From: a bacterium | Lineage (GTDB): Bacteria; Oederibacteriota; JAAXVQ01; JAUVAV01 | Direction: 5' to 3' | Assembly: GCA_021108215.1 (NCBI GenBank) | Contig: JAIORK010000045.1 | Location: 64,594-128,593 of the forward strand | Length of the DNA: 64,000 nt | Part shown: positions 8,842 through 20,414 of the stretch, one piece after another | Layout of the letters: each line of letters begins with the position of its first letter | Numbering within the stretch: the stretch's first letter is position 1 | Made by a program: the position numbers and the translations under genes | Notes under the pieces: model-generated | What the model was told of the DNA's origin: nothing | Databases searched by the model: none | The model's input: only the letters and a program-made list of their open reading frames with translations

Positions 8842-10119
8842 TTATTTGCTTACAACATTTTTATAGACTGCTTTATCACCCAATTCATCTTCAATCTCAA
8901 GCAACCGGTTATATTTGGCGATCCGGTCGCTCCGGCTGGCAGACCCGGTCTTGATTTCCGCGCCGCCCATGGCCACTGCCAGATCGGCAATGAAAGTATC
9001 CTCAGTCTCACCGCTGCGGTGGGAGATAATATAATTCCAGCCCGCAGCCTTACATAAATTAATCGTATCGATTGTTTCAGAAATCGAACCGATCTGATTG
9101 ACTTTAACTAAAACTGCATTGGCCGCCTTCATTTCAATGCCCTTTTTAACAAATACCGGATTGGTCACCAACAAGTCATCACCCACAATTTGAATTTTGT
9201 CGCCAACTTCCGCTGTGAAACGTTTAAACCCGTCCCAATCATTTTCATCCAGTGCATCTTCAATTGATACGATCGGATACTTTTCAATCCATTGTGTCCA
9301 AAGCGCAATCATTTCGTCGGTTGTTTTGATCCCGCTGCCGGAATCCTTCAAATTGTACTTGCCATCTTCGTAGAAGGACGCAGTGGCCGGATCAAGCGCG
9401 ATGAAAATGTCCTTACCAGGTTCATAACCCGCCGCTTTAATCGCTTCGATAATAACATCACAGGCTTCTTCGTTGCTTTTCAAATTCGGTGCAAAACCAC
9501 CTTCATCACCTACCGCTGTTGAATAACCCTTTTTCTTAAGGATTTTCGCGAGATTATGAAAAACCTCGGCACCGGCACGCAATGCTTCTTTAAAAGACGG
9601 CAAACCCAAAGGCATGGCCATAAATTCCTGAAAATCCACACTGTTATCGGCATGTTGACCGCCATTAATGATGTTCATCATAGGTGCCGGTAAAATACAG
9701 GCATCATCACCGCCCAGATATTTATAAATCGGCATACCCTTGGACTGGGCACCGGCTGCAACCACTGCCATGGAGACACCCAAAATGGCATTGGCGCCGA
9801 ATTTTGCTTTATTCGGTGTGCCATCCAGATCAATCATGATTTTATCAATTGCCTTAAAATCCAGGGCATCCTTCCCAATGACCGCCTGGGCGATGGGACC
9901 ATTCACATTGGCCACGGCTTTGGTAGTTCCTTTTCCCAAATAGCGCGATTGATCGCCGTCACGCAGCTCAACCGCTTCATGCTCACCGGTCGAAGCGCCT
10001 GAAGGAACCGAAGCTTTGGCAACCACGCCATTTTCCAGTGTGACCATGACGCGAACAGTCGGATTACCGCGCGAATCCAAAATCTCCAATGCCTTCACTG
10101 CCTTAATTTTTGTTGACAT
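8842..10119 (-). CDS. eno: Enolase (phosphopyruvate hydratase)
   Basis: Full-length 425 aa with [18 protein letters not shown] and other enolase signatures. Confidence 0.95.
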   Translation of the reverse strand: MSTKIKAVKALEILDSRGNPTVRVMVTLENGVVAKASVPSGASTGEHEAVELRDGDQSRYLGKGTTKAVANVNGPIAQAVIGKDALDFKAIDKIMIDLDGTPNKAKFGANAILGVSMAVVAAGAQSKGMPIYKYLGGDDACILPAPMMNIINGGQHADNSVDFQEFMAMPLGLPSFKEALRAGAEVFHNLAKILKKKGYSTAVGDEGGFAPNLKSNEEACDVIIEAIKAAGYEPGKDIFIALDPATASFYEDGKYNLKDSGSGIKTTDEMIALWTQWIEKYPIVSIEDALDENDWDGFKRFTAEVGDKIQIVGDDLLVTNPVFVKKGIEMKAANAVLVKVNQIGSISETIDTINLCKAAGWNYIISHRSGETEDTFIADLAVAMGGAEIKTGSASRSDRIAKYNRLLEIEDELGDKAVYKNVVSK

Positions 10120-10449
10120 ACTATCCTCCTGAAAATTCTCGTTTTTTCATACATATTCTATGGGTATCGCCCCAAACAAACCCGCGTATTGTATCCTCCG
10201 ACTATCTGAAATGCAAGTTTTTTTTGGACACGGTTCCGCTCTCTCTTAAAGGGACAAACTAATGAATTATGATTAGGTTTTTTCTTTTCCAACCGAAACT
10301 TTATCTATGAAACAACCCCGGAGCAAGCCCCAGGATATCCGGCAGCCTGCCCCGTGCGTCCTTTATTCAAACCCTGCCGTAATCGGCAGGGTTTGATAGG
10401 CGAAAGGGTATAAACAGAGCACCCTTAAAATCCGCGTCAGGAGTGTACT

Positions 10450-13400
10450 GTGTTCTCCCATCTGAGCCCCTATTTCATTATCAGTCTGGCCGCAATCGTA
10501 TTTTTGACCCTGATCTTTTCGGGCATATTACTCATGATCATTTTCTCCATCAACCGCGCCCTTAGCAAAAGAAGCTCAAAACTTGAAGCCGGCAATAAGC
10601 GTCTGGAAACGCGCTTAAGCGCGGCCGCCACGGATCTTTCTACGCTCCGTGATTTACTGCAAAAAGAAATCGATTGTCATCAACAAATTGACAAAGACCG
10701 GGAATTCCAGGACCGGCTGATGCGCGGCACCTCGGAAGCTACTGATCGTCTCCTCTCCATTTTCAGCTATGATGAAGATTATGCAATTGCCATGATGGAA
10801 ATTTTTGCAACCATAGGCCGCATTACCAACTATGACCGTGTCTATTTATGCGAAAACCACGATCTGCCCGGCAGCCACCACCTGGGATTCAGCCGCCGGT
10901 TCGAGTGGTGCCGCGAAGAAATCATCGAGACAATCAATGATGCTTCCTCAAAAAACTGCAGTTATCAGTCCGAAACCTTCTCCCGGTGGCACGGTACCCT
11001 CTCGTCGCGCAATCCCATCCACAGCCTCACTGCCGACGTTCCCCCTGCAGAACAAAATTATAATCTCGATTATGCTATCCATTCTTTCTTGTTGATTCCC
11101 ATTCATGTTGAGAATGGTTTTTGGGGATTTCTTGGATTTGATGATTGTCACACCAATCATCCCTGGAATAAAAATGAAGATTACCTGCTGACATCTTTGG
11201 CCGGCAACATTGCCAATGTCATCCAACGTAAACAAATCCACGAACAATTGCAACAGGCATTGGATATACCCAACACTATTCTGAAAAAAATGCCCTTCGG
11301 GGTCATCGTTTTCCAAAAAGACAATACCATCCGCAGTGTAAATGTGACTGCCGTCCAAATGCTGGGTGCGCAAAAGGAAGCGGACCTGATTCAGTATCCG
11401 ATTGATAAATTCATCCCAGAATACAGGGAATTTTTTCAAAACAACCCTCCCGGAACCCGGGAATTATTTCTACAACAGTTAAACCAGCAGAAATTGCCGG
11501 TTTTATGTACAGTCGTCCCGATTACGCTGGCCGGCGAAGAGGTTATTTTAACCTCGTTTGTCAACATTGTCGAAGTACACGAAGCCCGCCAGGACGCTGA
11601 AAAATCCAACAAATTATTGGCCGAATCTGTCCGGCAAGCCAATGATCTGGCCGTTTTGGCGGAACAAGCCAGTCTGGCCAAAACTGAATTTCTGGCCAAT
11701 ATGAGCCATGAAATCCGAACGCCGATGAATGCCATTATTGGCATGATTCAACTGGTCCTGGATACTGAGATGAACCCTGAACAACGTGATTATCTTGCCA
11801 AAGCCTTGTTGGCCTCTGATTCATTGCTGGGATTAATCAATGCCATTCTTGACTTTTCCAAGATTGAGTCCGGTTACCTGACCCTGGAGGAAATTGATTT
11901 TGACTTGCGTACTGTGGTCGAGACCGCCACCGAGACCCTGGCCGCCAAAGCAGCGGATAAAAATCTTGAACTTGCCTGCCGTGTCTCCCCAACCACACCA
12001 ACAACATTAATCGGCGATCCGGGCAGACTGCGGCAGATCATCCTCAACTTAACCGGCAATGCGATCAAATTCACCGACCAAGGCGAAATAATCCTATCGG
12101 TCGATATAAAAAGCGAATCTGAGAAAAAAGTCGAAATCGTCCTGAATATTTCTGATACCGGGATAGGGATTGCTCCGGAAAAACAGCAACTTATTTTCGA
12201 TACCTTCACCCAGGCCGACACCTCAACCACCCGGCGGTATGGCGGAACCGGTCTTGGATTATCCATCACCAAACAATTGGTTGAACTCATGGGCGGCAGC
12301 ATTACTCTGGATAGCCAGATCGGCCAGGGCAGCCAATTCACACTGACGATTCCCTTCGTGCTGCAAAGCCATCCGAAAACAGTGGAGCCTGCTCCGACTG
12401 TCCCGCTGGAAAACATGCGTGCCCTGATTGTAGACGACAATGCCATCAATCGTCAAATTTTCAGGGAAATTCTACAGAGCTGGAAAATGATCACTTCAGA
12501 AGCCGACAATGGCCGGATGGCCATCGATCAATTACAAGCAGCGTATCAGAAAGGCGAACCGTTCCATCTTTTGCTGCTGGATATTTTGATGCCCGAGATG
12601 GACGGATTTACCGTGGCAACCACCATTGCGCATGAGCCGTATTATCAAGACCTTAAAACTTTCATCGTCACCTCGGCAGGAATACGCGGCGATGGCGCCC
12701 GTTCACGCAAACTGGGAATTACCGGTTATCTGACCAAACCCATAAAAAAATCCGAACTATTCCATTCCCTTTCCGAAGGATTTAGTCAAAAACCAAAGCA
12801 GCTTGCCAAACCAACAATGATCACCAAGCATACGATCAAGGAACGCATTTCACGCTTAAATATTTTAGTAGTGGAAGACAATGCCATCAACCGGCAGCTC
12901 ATGCTCGCCTTATTGGGCAAACGCGGTGATGCTGTGGCAGAGGCGGAAGATGGCCTACAGGCACTCACCTGTATGACAGAACAACACTTTGACCTCATCT
13001 TGATGGATGTGCAAATGCCGCGCATGGATGGATTTGAGACCACCCGGGAAATCCGAAAACAGGAGCAAACGACCGGCGGACACATCCCGATCATTGCCAT
13101 GACCGCGCATGCCTTAAAAGGCGACCGCGAACACTGCCTGGAAGCAGGCATGGATGATTATATTTCCAAACCCATTGAGCGCAAATTGCTTTTTGAGCTG
13201 ATCGACAAGTATGCCCAAAGCATTCGCAGTGCCAAGCGGTCCCAAGCTGAATCATGGACTTCCAATCCACCGAAAGATGCCGTCATCACCGATGCGCCGG
13301 ATCTTCCCATCATCCATTTCAAGACAGCCTTGGACCGTGCCGACGGAGATAAAACACTGCTCAAGGACCTGTTAATTTCATTTTCCGATCAATCCCAAGC

Positions 13401-13647
13401 GACCTTGACAACATTGCAATCGCAGATAGAACTCGCGGACTACGATGCCATCCGAAAAACCGCGCACACACTCAAAGGCACGGCAGCCAATCTTTCCTGC
13501 GAACGTGTCCGGCAATATGCACAGTATATGGAAACCATGGCCAAATCAAACGCATCCTCTACCAAGCTTACGCAAACCCTGTCCACACTCCAACAGGAAG
13601 TGGTCTCCTTAAAAGAATACATCATGACCGATGCAATGCTGGTATAA
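10450..13647 (+). CDS. Hybrid sensor histidine kinase (TM, GAF/PAS-like sensor, HisKA, HATPase, two REC domains, Hpt)
   Basis: H-box [14 protein letters not shown]2 box [18 protein letters not shown], receivers with [14 protein letters not shown] and [16 protein letters not shown], and a C-terminal Hpt [13 protein letters not shown] start with CAGGAG RBS. Confidence 0.85.
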   Translation: MFSHLSPYFIISLAAIVFLTLIFSGILLMIIFSINRALSKRSSKLEAGNKRLETRLSAAATDLSTLRDLLQKEIDCHQQIDKDREFQDRLMRGTSEATDRLLSIFSYDEDYAIAMMEIFATIGRITNYDRVYLCENHDLPGSHHLGFSRRFEWCREEIIETINDASSKNCSYQSETFSRWHGTLSSRNPIHSLTADVPPAEQNYNLDYAIHSFLLIPIHVENGFWGFLGFDDCHTNHPWNKNEDYLLTSLAGNIANVIQRKQIHEQLQQALDIPNTILKKMPFGVIVFQKDNTIRSVNVTAVQMLGAQKEADLIQYPIDKFIPEYREFFQNNPPGTRELFLQQLNQQKLPVLCTVVPITLAGEEVILTSFVNIVEVHEARQDAEKSNKLLAESVRQANDLAVLAEQASLAKTEFLANMSHEIRTPMNAIIGMIQLVLDTEMNPEQRDYLAKALLASDSLLGLINAILDFSKIESGYLTLEEIDFDLRTVVETATETLAAKAADKNLELACRVSPTTPTTLIGDPGRLRQIILNLTGNAIKFTDQGEIILSVDIKSESEKKVEIVLNISDTGIGIAPEKQQLIFDTFTQADTSTTRRYGGTGLGLSITKQLVELMGGSITLDSQIGQGSQFTLTIPFVLQSHPKTVEPAPTVPLENMRALIVDDNAINRQIFREILQSWKMITSEADNGRMAIDQLQAAYQKGEPFHLLLLDILMPEMDGFTVATTIAHEPYYQDLKTFIVTSAGIRGDGARSRKLGITGYLTKPIKKSELFHSLSEGFSQKPKQLAKPTMITKHTIKERISRLNILVVEDNAINRQLMLALLGKRGDAVAEAEDGLQALTCMTEQHFDLILMDVQMPRMDGFETTREIRKQEQTTGGHIPIIAMTAHALKGDREHCLEAGMDDYISKPIERKLLFELIDKYAQSIRSAKRSQAESWTSNPPKDAVITDAPDLPIIHFKTALDRADGDKTLLKDLLISFSDQSQATLTTLQSQIELADYDAIRKTAHTLKGTAANLSCERVRQYAQYMETMAKSNASSTKLTQTLSTLQQEVVSLKEYIMTDAMLV

Positions 13648-13705
13648 CTCCCCCCATTGAGCCGGCACTCCCGGTTTCGCACCTCATGCGGCTGCTCCTT
13701 GGCAT

Positions 13706-13746
13706 AAAAAAACGGCAGGTACGTCTTGGGTACCTGCCGTTTTTTT
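13706..13746. terminator. Bidirectional intrinsic terminator between the kinase gene and PPi-PFK
   Basis: AAAAAAACGGCAGGTAC-GTCTTG-GGTACCTGCCGTTTTTTT. Confidence 0.75.
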
Positions 13747-13763
13747 ACATTTCGCGTATTCAC

Positions 13764-15590
13764 TTAAAAAATGGAAATTGTATCTCCCAGATCAAATTTC
13801 AAGTCACCGTATCCCTGATTAAGCGCAACCAGTGCCGGCATCTGCATCGCTGCCGGTCCCCAGAGTTGACGCGGTCCGGGTGAGGAAAAATAATCCTCCG
13901 TGCTCCAACGTTCACGTACTGAAATAAAAAATTTATACGCCGGAGAATCGGTCTCGACCAGCGCCTTCTCAATCACCAATTCATCATTGCCGTGCCTGCG
14001 TTCCATAACAATCAAACCGGTCAAAGGTATGGCCAGTGCTTCTCCACCGCAGTCCAATGCATTAACTGCGACGATGTACCCGGTCTTCCCTGCCAAAGCC
14101 AGTGAGCCGGCAGTCAGACCCAAATTAAAAGTATAGGCGGCATCAAACCGGCTCGGGGCACCGCAGCGCCCTTCATAACCAAAAAAATGATGATTGGTGG
14201 AAAGCTTTGATTTCTGAAAACATACGATCTCCTCAGGGGTCAAGTCAATCTGACCTTCCGCTTGACCCACAAAGGACTCCGGCTCCACTTTCATTTCGTG
14301 CAAACGGGTATTCACCATCTCAATCAACAATTTTTCCGTGGGAATTTGCGAAACCTGAAGATTCCCATGCGAATCGCGGTCTAAAAGCAGCATATCCTCA
14401 AACTCATTCGGCAGCGAGGCCATCAATTTTGCTGAATCCGCTGATATTTTTCCGTAAATAAAATCTTTTTTCTCGTTTATACTATGAATTTCGCTTAGCA
14501 GCTTGGCTGATTTGGCCATCACTTCATTCAATTCACTAATCAGCCGCTTCATTTCCGGAATAAATTCAATCAATCCTTCGGGAATAAGCACCACACCGTG
14601 ATTGACGCCTTTGCCGGCCCGCCGGGCAATTGCCCGGCAGATAATATCCACAATTTGAGAAATAGAAAGCTGCTTCTCCGCTATCTCCTCGGAAATAAAC
14701 GCCACGGCCGGTTTGGTTTGAAGCGCCACTTCCAATGCCACATGGGATGCACTACGGCCCATGAGTTTTATAAAATGCCAGTATTTTCTGGAAGAAGGCG
14801 TATCCTGCAAAATATTTCCCACCAACTCGGCATAAATCTTGGTCGCTGTATCAAAACCAAATGAAATGGGCAACAACGTCCCGGCCTGTAAATCGCCATC
14901 AATGGTTTTGGGTACACCGATAACCTGAACGCCGCGCCCATCGGAATGTACATTTTCAAACAGATACTCCGCCAGGACGGCTGCGTTGGTATTGGAGTCA
15001 TCACCGCCCACCACGACCAAAGCATCAATCGCCTGATCATGACAGACTGCTTTTACCTGCTTGAACTGCTCATGATTCTTTATTTTTGTGCGGTCGGAAC
15101 CCAAAAAATCAAACCCCCCGGTATTGGCAATTCTTTTAATGGCTTCCTCTGAAACCTCAAACACATCACCTTCCAAAAGCCCTTTCGGACCTTGCCGGAT
15201 ACCCAACAAAGTATTGTCCGGGCCCAGTGCTTTTTTAATACCCACCAAAACATTATGCCCCCCCGCAGCAGGCCCGCCGGAAAACAAAACAGCCACGCGT
15301 TTTCCTTTTACCTGCGGACGATTACCGGTGCCGGCTTTAAGAACTGCGCTGGCCGTCCGGGGAAACAGCTTCGGAAATGCTTTTGCCACTTCACTAAAAT
15401 CACGATCCTGATCAATGACTTGATCGGATGGTTCAAATCCCGCCGGAGCAATCGTCCCTTGTTCCAAAAATACTTTTTTTACCGGCAAGGGCATCCGGCG
15501 TAATTCGGATTCAAACAGCGAATTATTTTTTTCCGTTTCCTCCCAGCTTTTTATTAATTCCGGGTTGGCTTTCATAGGACTTTTTGACAT
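13764..15590 (-). CDS. pfp: Pyrophosphate-dependent phosphofructokinase (long PFP type)
   Basis: FSGGPAAGGHNVLVGI matches the GGxAPGGHNV motif of PPi-PFKs. PFK fold throughout. 608 aa. Confidence 0.8.
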   Translation of the reverse strand: MSKSPMKANPELIKSWEETEKNNSLFESELRRMPLPVKKVFLEQGTIAPAGFEPSDQVIDQDRDFSEVAKAFPKLFPRTASAVLKAGTGNRPQVKGKRVAVLFSGGPAAGGHNVLVGIKKALGPDNTLLGIRQGPKGLLEGDVFEVSEEAIKRIANTGGFDFLGSDRTKIKNHEQFKQVKAVCHDQAIDALVVVGGDDSNTNAAVLAEYLFENVHSDGRGVQVIGVPKTIDGDLQAGTLLPISFGFDTATKIYAELVGNILQDTPSSRKYWHFIKLMGRSASHVALEVALQTKPAVAFISEEIAEKQLSISQIVDIICRAIARRAGKGVNHGVVLIPEGLIEFIPEMKRLISELNEVMAKSAKLLSEIHSINEKKDFIYGKISADSAKLMASLPNEFEDMLLLDRDSHGNLQVSQIPTEKLLIEMVNTRLHEMKVEPESFVGQAEGQIDLTPEEIVCFQKSKLSTNHHFFGYEGRCGAPSRFDAAYTFNLGLTAGSLALAGKTGYIVAVNALDCGGEALAIPLTGLIVMERRHGNDELVIEKALVETDSPAYKFFISVRERWSTEDYFSSPGPRQLWGPAAMQMPALVALNQGYGDLKFDLGDTISIF

Positions 15591-15715
15591 AAATAGTTCC
15601 TCCTGGCACTTCTACCGTACGATTATTGTTATTCCAAAATTGGGGGCTATTGTAGCGGAACCACGAATGAAAATCCAGAAAAATACGGGAAGTGTGTCCT
15701 TTTTTTTACAGTAGG

Positions 15716-15764
15716 GGCACGGCATCCCGCATACGCCGGACAAGCTGCCGTGCCCCTACGTTTC
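15716..15764. repeat. REP-like hairpin (GTAGGGGCACGGCA...TGCCGTGCCCCTAC) with a CGCCGGACAAG loop, downstream of pfkA
   Basis: 14-bp perfect stem beginning with GTAGGG, as in the other REPs. The loop resembles the CCGGCGAATGCCGG family. Preceded by a T-run, so it may terminate pfkA. Confidence 0.5.
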
Positions 15765-15779
15765 ATTTAAAACCACCCG

Positions 15780-16880
15780 CTAATCACCCAAACTGATATT
15801 ATTGCCGCGCGCAGTCTTGAGTAAAAAATTATCCGGCCCGATCAAATTATACGTATCAACCGCCTCTTCCAAAGCTACATCCACAATATCGGGATGCCGG
15901 TAAACCACCATGCGTCCAAATTTTCGCTCTTTTATCAATTCAACCGCCTTGACCCCGAATTGCGTAGCCAAAATCCGGTCAAAAGCACAGGGTGTGCCGC
16001 CTCTTTGTAGATGACCCAGCACAGTAACCCGCATACCGATACCATTCATACGTTTTTTCAATTCCTCCATCAACGCATAGCCGATGCCTCCCAGGCGGAC
16101 ATTTTTATAGCCGACTTCCGAACTTTCAGCGCTGACCACCTCGCCCTCTTTTGTCTTAGCACCTTCCGCAACAACGATAATCGCAAATCCCTTGCCGTTA
16201 TGAATTCTTTTTTTTAGTTTACCAACTACTTTTTCAATATCATACGGGACCTCGGGAATCAATACCACATCCGCACCGCCGGCAACCGCCGCCGAAAGGC
16301 CGATCCAGCCGGCATCCCGTCCCATCACCTCAAGAATCATGATCCGGTTATGACTGGCTGCTGTTGTGACCAGCTTATCCACGGCATCGGTCGCAATCTC
16401 AACTGCGGTCTGAAATCCGAATGTAAAATCCGTACAGGACAGATCATTATCAATGGTTTTGGGAACGCCGATGATATTCAACCCTTTCTTAAACAGACGA
16501 TTGGAAATATCCTGTGATCCATCGCCCCCTATATTGACTACCGCATCAATCTGCTGACATTGAATGCGCCGGATAAGATCATCTGAAGCATCAATTGTAT
16601 CCCAGGTACCATCCTGCTTTTTAACCGGCCAGTCAAATGGCGACCCTTTATTGGTCGTACCGATAATTGTTCCGCCGCGCACATGAATCCCCGCAACATT
16701 GGATCGATTCAGCGGCATAATCTCCATGGGTTCGCGCATAATGCCGGTAAAGGCATCCACCGAGCCGAGAACCTCCCAGTCTTCTTCCTGACTCGCCCGT
16801 TTAACAATCGAACGAATAACAGCATTTAATCCGGGACAATCACCCCCACCGGTTGTTACCAAAATCCGTTTCCCCATCAT
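15780..16880 (-). CDS. pfkA: ATP-dependent 6-phosphofructokinase
   Basis: RILVTTGGGDCPGLNAVIR, GGDGS and the PFK fold. Confidence 0.85.
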   Translation of the reverse strand: MMGKRILVTTGGGDCPGLNAVIRSIVKRASQEEDWEVLGSVDAFTGIMREPMEIMPLNRSNVAGIHVRGGTIIGTTNKGSPFDWPVKKQDGTWDTIDASDDLIRRIQCQQIDAVVNIGGDGSQDISNRLFKKGLNIIGVPKTIDNDLSCTDFTFGFQTAVEIATDAVDKLVTTAASHNRIMILEVMGRDAGWIGLSAAVAGGADVVLIPEVPYDIEKVVGKLKKRIHNGKGFAIIVVAEGAKTKEGEVVSAESSEVGYKNVRLGGIGYALMEELKKRMNGIGMRVTVLGHLQRGGTPCAFDRILATQFGVKAVELIKERKFGRMVVYRHPDIVDVALEEAVDTYNLIGPDNFLLKTARGNNISLGD

Positions 16881-17110
16881 GCCACCCCCGCTCCATTCAT
16901 TTGCCGGCTACTGCACGTCCCGCCGCCGGCTGGTTTTAACTTCCACACCCCGTTCCGGGATGTCCTGTACAATGCGCACAACATCTAACCGGCAATCCCG
17001 AAATACACCAAGCATACCCGCCTTCCACATCTGTTAGCTTCGACAGAATCCAGAAAACAGCTTAATGTATTTATTGTTTTTCAGTTCACTTTTTTTGCAG
17101 GAAAAAACTG

Positions 17111-18280
17111 TCAGGCTTTGCGATTTTTCCAAAATGGCGACATCGAACGCAGTTCCTCCACAATACCCGGCAGCACGGCGAGAACCGTATCAACATCCGC
17201 TTCCGTATTATAGCGCGAAAAGCTAAACCGGATCGAACCATGAATGGAGGTAAACGGAACCCCCATGGCCCGCAAAACATGACTCGGCTCCAAGGACCCG
17301 GAAGTACAGGCTGAGCCTGATGAGGCACAAATACCCTGATCGCTGAGTTTAAGTAAAATCGCCTCTCCCTCGATATAAGAAAAACTTATATTGGCGGTCG
17401 AAACCAGCCGTGCGGTGGCATCACCGTTGATATGCACTTCCGGAATGGTTTTTAGAATCCCCCGCTCCAAACGATCACGGAGTTTGGCCAATATAGCAGT
17501 TTCCTCAACTTGTTGTTTCATCGCCAATTCACAGGCCTTTCCCATTCCAACAATACCGGCTACATTTTCCGTACCCCCGCGCCGGCCGCGTTCCTGATGG
17601 CCGCCGATAATAAAAGGAACAAACCGGGTTCCCCGACGAATATATAAAATACCGACACCCTTGGCCGCATGCAGCTTATGCCCGGAGATGGATACCAAAT
17701 CCGCTTGTATGTGGCGCATATCCAACGAAAGTTTGCCCGGCGCCTGGACTGCGTCACAATGTAAGAGCGCACCCCGTTCTTTTACAATCTCAGCGATCTT
17801 GGCAATCGGGAAAACCGTGCCGGTCTCATTGTTGGCGTACATGACGGAAACCAGGGCGGTTTCCGGTGTGATCGCCTGGCGCAGGGCATCAAGATCAAGG
17901 GCTCCTTTGCTGTCAACCGCCAAATAGGTGACCCGATAGCCGCGATTTTCCAAATGCTTGCACAAACTTAAAATCGCCGGATGTTCCACACGGGTGGTGA
18001 TAATATGCCGTTTTTCCGGATAGGCTTCTAATACACCCCGCACAGCGGCATTATCCGACTCTGTCCCGCAGCTGGTAAACAAAACCTCTGTATCCTGGGA
18101 ATTAAATAACGCCGCAACCTTTTCACGCGCCTGCTCAACATCCTTCCCCAACTTCCCGCCAAATGTATGCATACTGGAAGGATTACCATAGTCCTCGCGA
18201 TAATACGGGAGCATGGTCTCTAAAACTTCAGGCGCGACCGCTGTGGTGGCATTGTTATCCAAATAGATAATTTTGTTCAT
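17111..18280 (-). CDS. nifS: Cysteine desulfurase (NifS/IscS family)
   Basis: PLP-lysine motif SGHKLHAAKG and the class V aminotransferase fold. Overlaps the nifU stop. Confidence 0.85.
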   Translation of the reverse strand: MNKIIYLDNNATTAVAPEVLETMLPYYREDYGNPSSMHTFGGKLGKDVEQAREKVAALFNSQDTEVLFTSCGTESDNAAVRGVLEAYPEKRHIITTRVEHPAILSLCKHLENRGYRVTYLAVDSKGALDLDALRQAITPETALVSVMYANNETGTVFPIAKIAEIVKERGALLHCDAVQAPGKLSLDMRHIQADLVSISGHKLHAAKGVGILYIRRGTRFVPFIIGGHQERGRRGGTENVAGIVGMGKACELAMKQQVEETAILAKLRDRLERGILKTIPEVHINGDATARLVSTANISFSYIEGEAILLKLSDQGICASSGSACTSGSLEPSHVLRAMGVPFTSIHGSIRFSFSRYNTEADVDTVLAVLPGIVEELRSMSPFWKNRKA

Positions 18281-19137
18281 TTTTTTATCTCCTCCACTTC
18301 AATATCAGGTTCCACAAATTCCCGGAGTTTTTGGCCCACAACATCCCGCAGCGTAAACTGAGACACCTGACAGCCTGCGCACATTCCCAAAAGTCTAACC
18401 TTCACCAGCTTACCCTCAATATCCACCAACTCTAAATCACCGCCGTCTTTTTGCAATTCCGGCCGCACTTCCCGATCCAGGGTTTCCTGGACCAATTGCA
18501 TGCGCCTGAGATTGGTCAGGGGTTTCGGCTCACCCGTCGTTTGAGGTATCTGCAAATTTTTCTTCACACGCTTGATAATTTCGTCAATTTTCCAATGACA
18601 GGAGGCACAGGCGCCGCCGGCTTTGGTATAATTGGTCACTTCTTCAATGGTGCTCAGGTTATTCTCAATGACCGCCCGCTCAATTTTTTTATCGGTGACC
18701 CCGAAACACTTACAAACAATTTCCGCCCCTTCTTCTTCCTCTTCTTTGACAAATTCTTTACCCCGGTAATTTGCAATCGCAGCTTCCAACGCTTCCATAC
18801 CCATCACGGAACAATGCATTTTTTCTTCAGGCAGACCGCCCAATTCTTCGGCAATATCCCGATTGGTTATTTTAGCGGCTTCATCCAGCGTCTTGCCAAT
18901 AACCATATCCGTTAAAACACTGGAGGAAGCAATTGCGCTCCCGCAACCAAATGTCTGAAATTTAGCCTCTAAAATTTTCTCTGACTGAGGTTCCACCTTC
19001 AAGGTCAGTTTTAATGCATCACCGCAAACCAGCGAACCAACTTCACCCAGCGCATTGGTATCAACGACCGTCCCCACATTGTGCGGCTCGAAAAAATGTT
19101 TTTTTACTTTATCAGTGTAGTCCCACATAATCATCAC
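18277..19137 (-). CDS. nifU: Fe-S cluster assembly scaffold NifU (N-terminal U-type, central 2Fe-2S, C-terminal Nfu domain)
   Basis: MWDYTDKVKKHFFEPHNVG start region, scaffold cysteines, C-terminal GMCAGCQVS. Start may be M4 (19128). Confidence 0.8.
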   Translation of the reverse strand: MMIMWDYTDKVKKHFFEPHNVGTVVDTNALGEVGSLVCGDALKLTLKVEPQSEKILEAKFQTFGCGSAIASSSVLTDMVIGKTLDEAAKITNRDIAEELGGLPEEKMHCSVMGMEALEAAIANYRGKEFVKEEEEEGAEIVCKCFGVTDKKIERAVIENNLSTIEEVTNYTKAGGACASCHWKIDEIIKRVKKNLQIPQTTGEPKPLTNLRRMQLVQETLDREVRPELQKDGGDLELVDIEGKLVKVRLLGMCAGCQVSQFTLRDVVGQKLREFVEPDIEVEEIKK

Positions 19138-19188
19138 GCTCCAAGTATCAGAATAGCTCCCATTTAATCATTCTCTTCATTATTTTCA

Positions 19189-20193
19189 TTATTTTTTTTG
19201 CTTTTTCTCAATCCAAATAAACCCAAAAACAATCCCGGCGCCCAGCAAGCCGGTAACCAATGTCGCGGTCTCATTGACCGTCCAAACTGCGGGTAACCGA
19301 TTGGCCAGATAGAGTGTTTCCTCGCCTACCGTGACACTGCTTTTAAACGGCCAGATTGCCCAAAGCGAGCCCAAAACCAATCCGAGCAAAAATGTCATGG
19401 TCTGATCATGCCATTTACGCAATAAAAAATTTAACAACCGTGTAAAGAGCAAAACCCCAATGCCGCAGCCCAGCGCAAAAACAACCAGCAAGAGAAAATC
19501 CCGGTAGGTGATGGCCTTGAGCACCTCAAAATAAACTCCCATGAGCAGTAAAATAAACGACCCTGAAATCCCCGGCAAAATCATTGCTGAAATAGCCACA
19601 GCACCTGCCGCAAACATCAGGACAAGATGCAGCACCTCATAGTTGGTGCTTTCCTTTGACACGGAAAAAACCGCAGAATTTTTTTTCTCCATTTTTATTT
19701 CAATTTTTTTTTGTTCCTTTGCCACCATGGCATCACCGCTCATGGTATTGGCAAGCATGATCACACCGCCCAAGGCAATGATGCCGGCCAATAACCCGGC
19801 CAGGGTCTGCTTTCGAATAAGCCGAAACGGCACCAGCGCAGAAACCACCACCAATCCAAAGAAAAATCCATAGGTCGGATCATGCTGCTGTTCGAGTAAA
19901 ATAGTCATCACATTGGCCAGCGCAACAATCGCCGCCACCGCTCCCATACCGGTCAGAGCAAGAAAAATCGCATCAATTCGTTTCATTTCTTCCAAAAATG
20001 CCGTTCCCGCAGTGCGCTTCATTTTTATCAAACCCAGGCAAATTTTGAAAGTTTCCAGGGAGATATTATGAATCGCCCCAATCAAACGCTCATAAATACC
20101 TAATACCAGCGCCATGGTACCGCCGGAAACACCGGGAATGATATTCGCCACCCCGATAACCGCACCTTTTAAAATAATCATCACAAACTTCAT
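19189..20193 (-). CDS. DUF368-family polytopic membrane protein (internal duplication; putative polyprenyl-phosphate transporter family)
   Basis: Two homologous halves with IPGVSGGTMALVLGIYE and LPGISGSFILLLMGVYFE. Start MKFVMIIL preceded by GAGGTGG. Confidence 0.5.
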   Translation of the reverse strand: MKFVMIILKGAVIGVANIIPGVSGGTMALVLGIYERLIGAIHNISLETFKICLGLIKMKRTAGTAFLEEMKRIDAIFLALTGMGAVAAIVALANVMTILLEQQHDPTYGFFFGLVVVSALVPFRLIRKQTLAGLLAGIIALGGVIMLANTMSGDAMVAKEQKKIEIKMEKKNSAVFSVSKESTNYEVLHLVLMFAAGAVAISAMILPGISGSFILLLMGVYFEVLKAITYRDFLLLVVFALGCGIGVLLFTRLLNFLLRKWHDQTMTFLLGLVLGSLWAIWPFKSSVTVGEETLYLANRLPAVWTVNETATLVTGLLGAGIVFGFIWIEKKQKK

Positions 20194-20414
20194 AACCACC
20201 TCGTCTTGCCGCTTGGTTTCCCCGGTTAAATCCACCGGGCATTTCCAAAAAATTTAAATTATTATACACGAACACGATAACGTGACAAGAATTTGTTTCT
20301 TGCCCATACAGCTTATTTCCAGGTAGAATATCTTTCTGCTCTTTTACGGTTATTCTTTGCTTGCGCCGGCCGATACTCGGGCAAAAGCATACATTACAAT
20401 CCAAGGAGACACCT

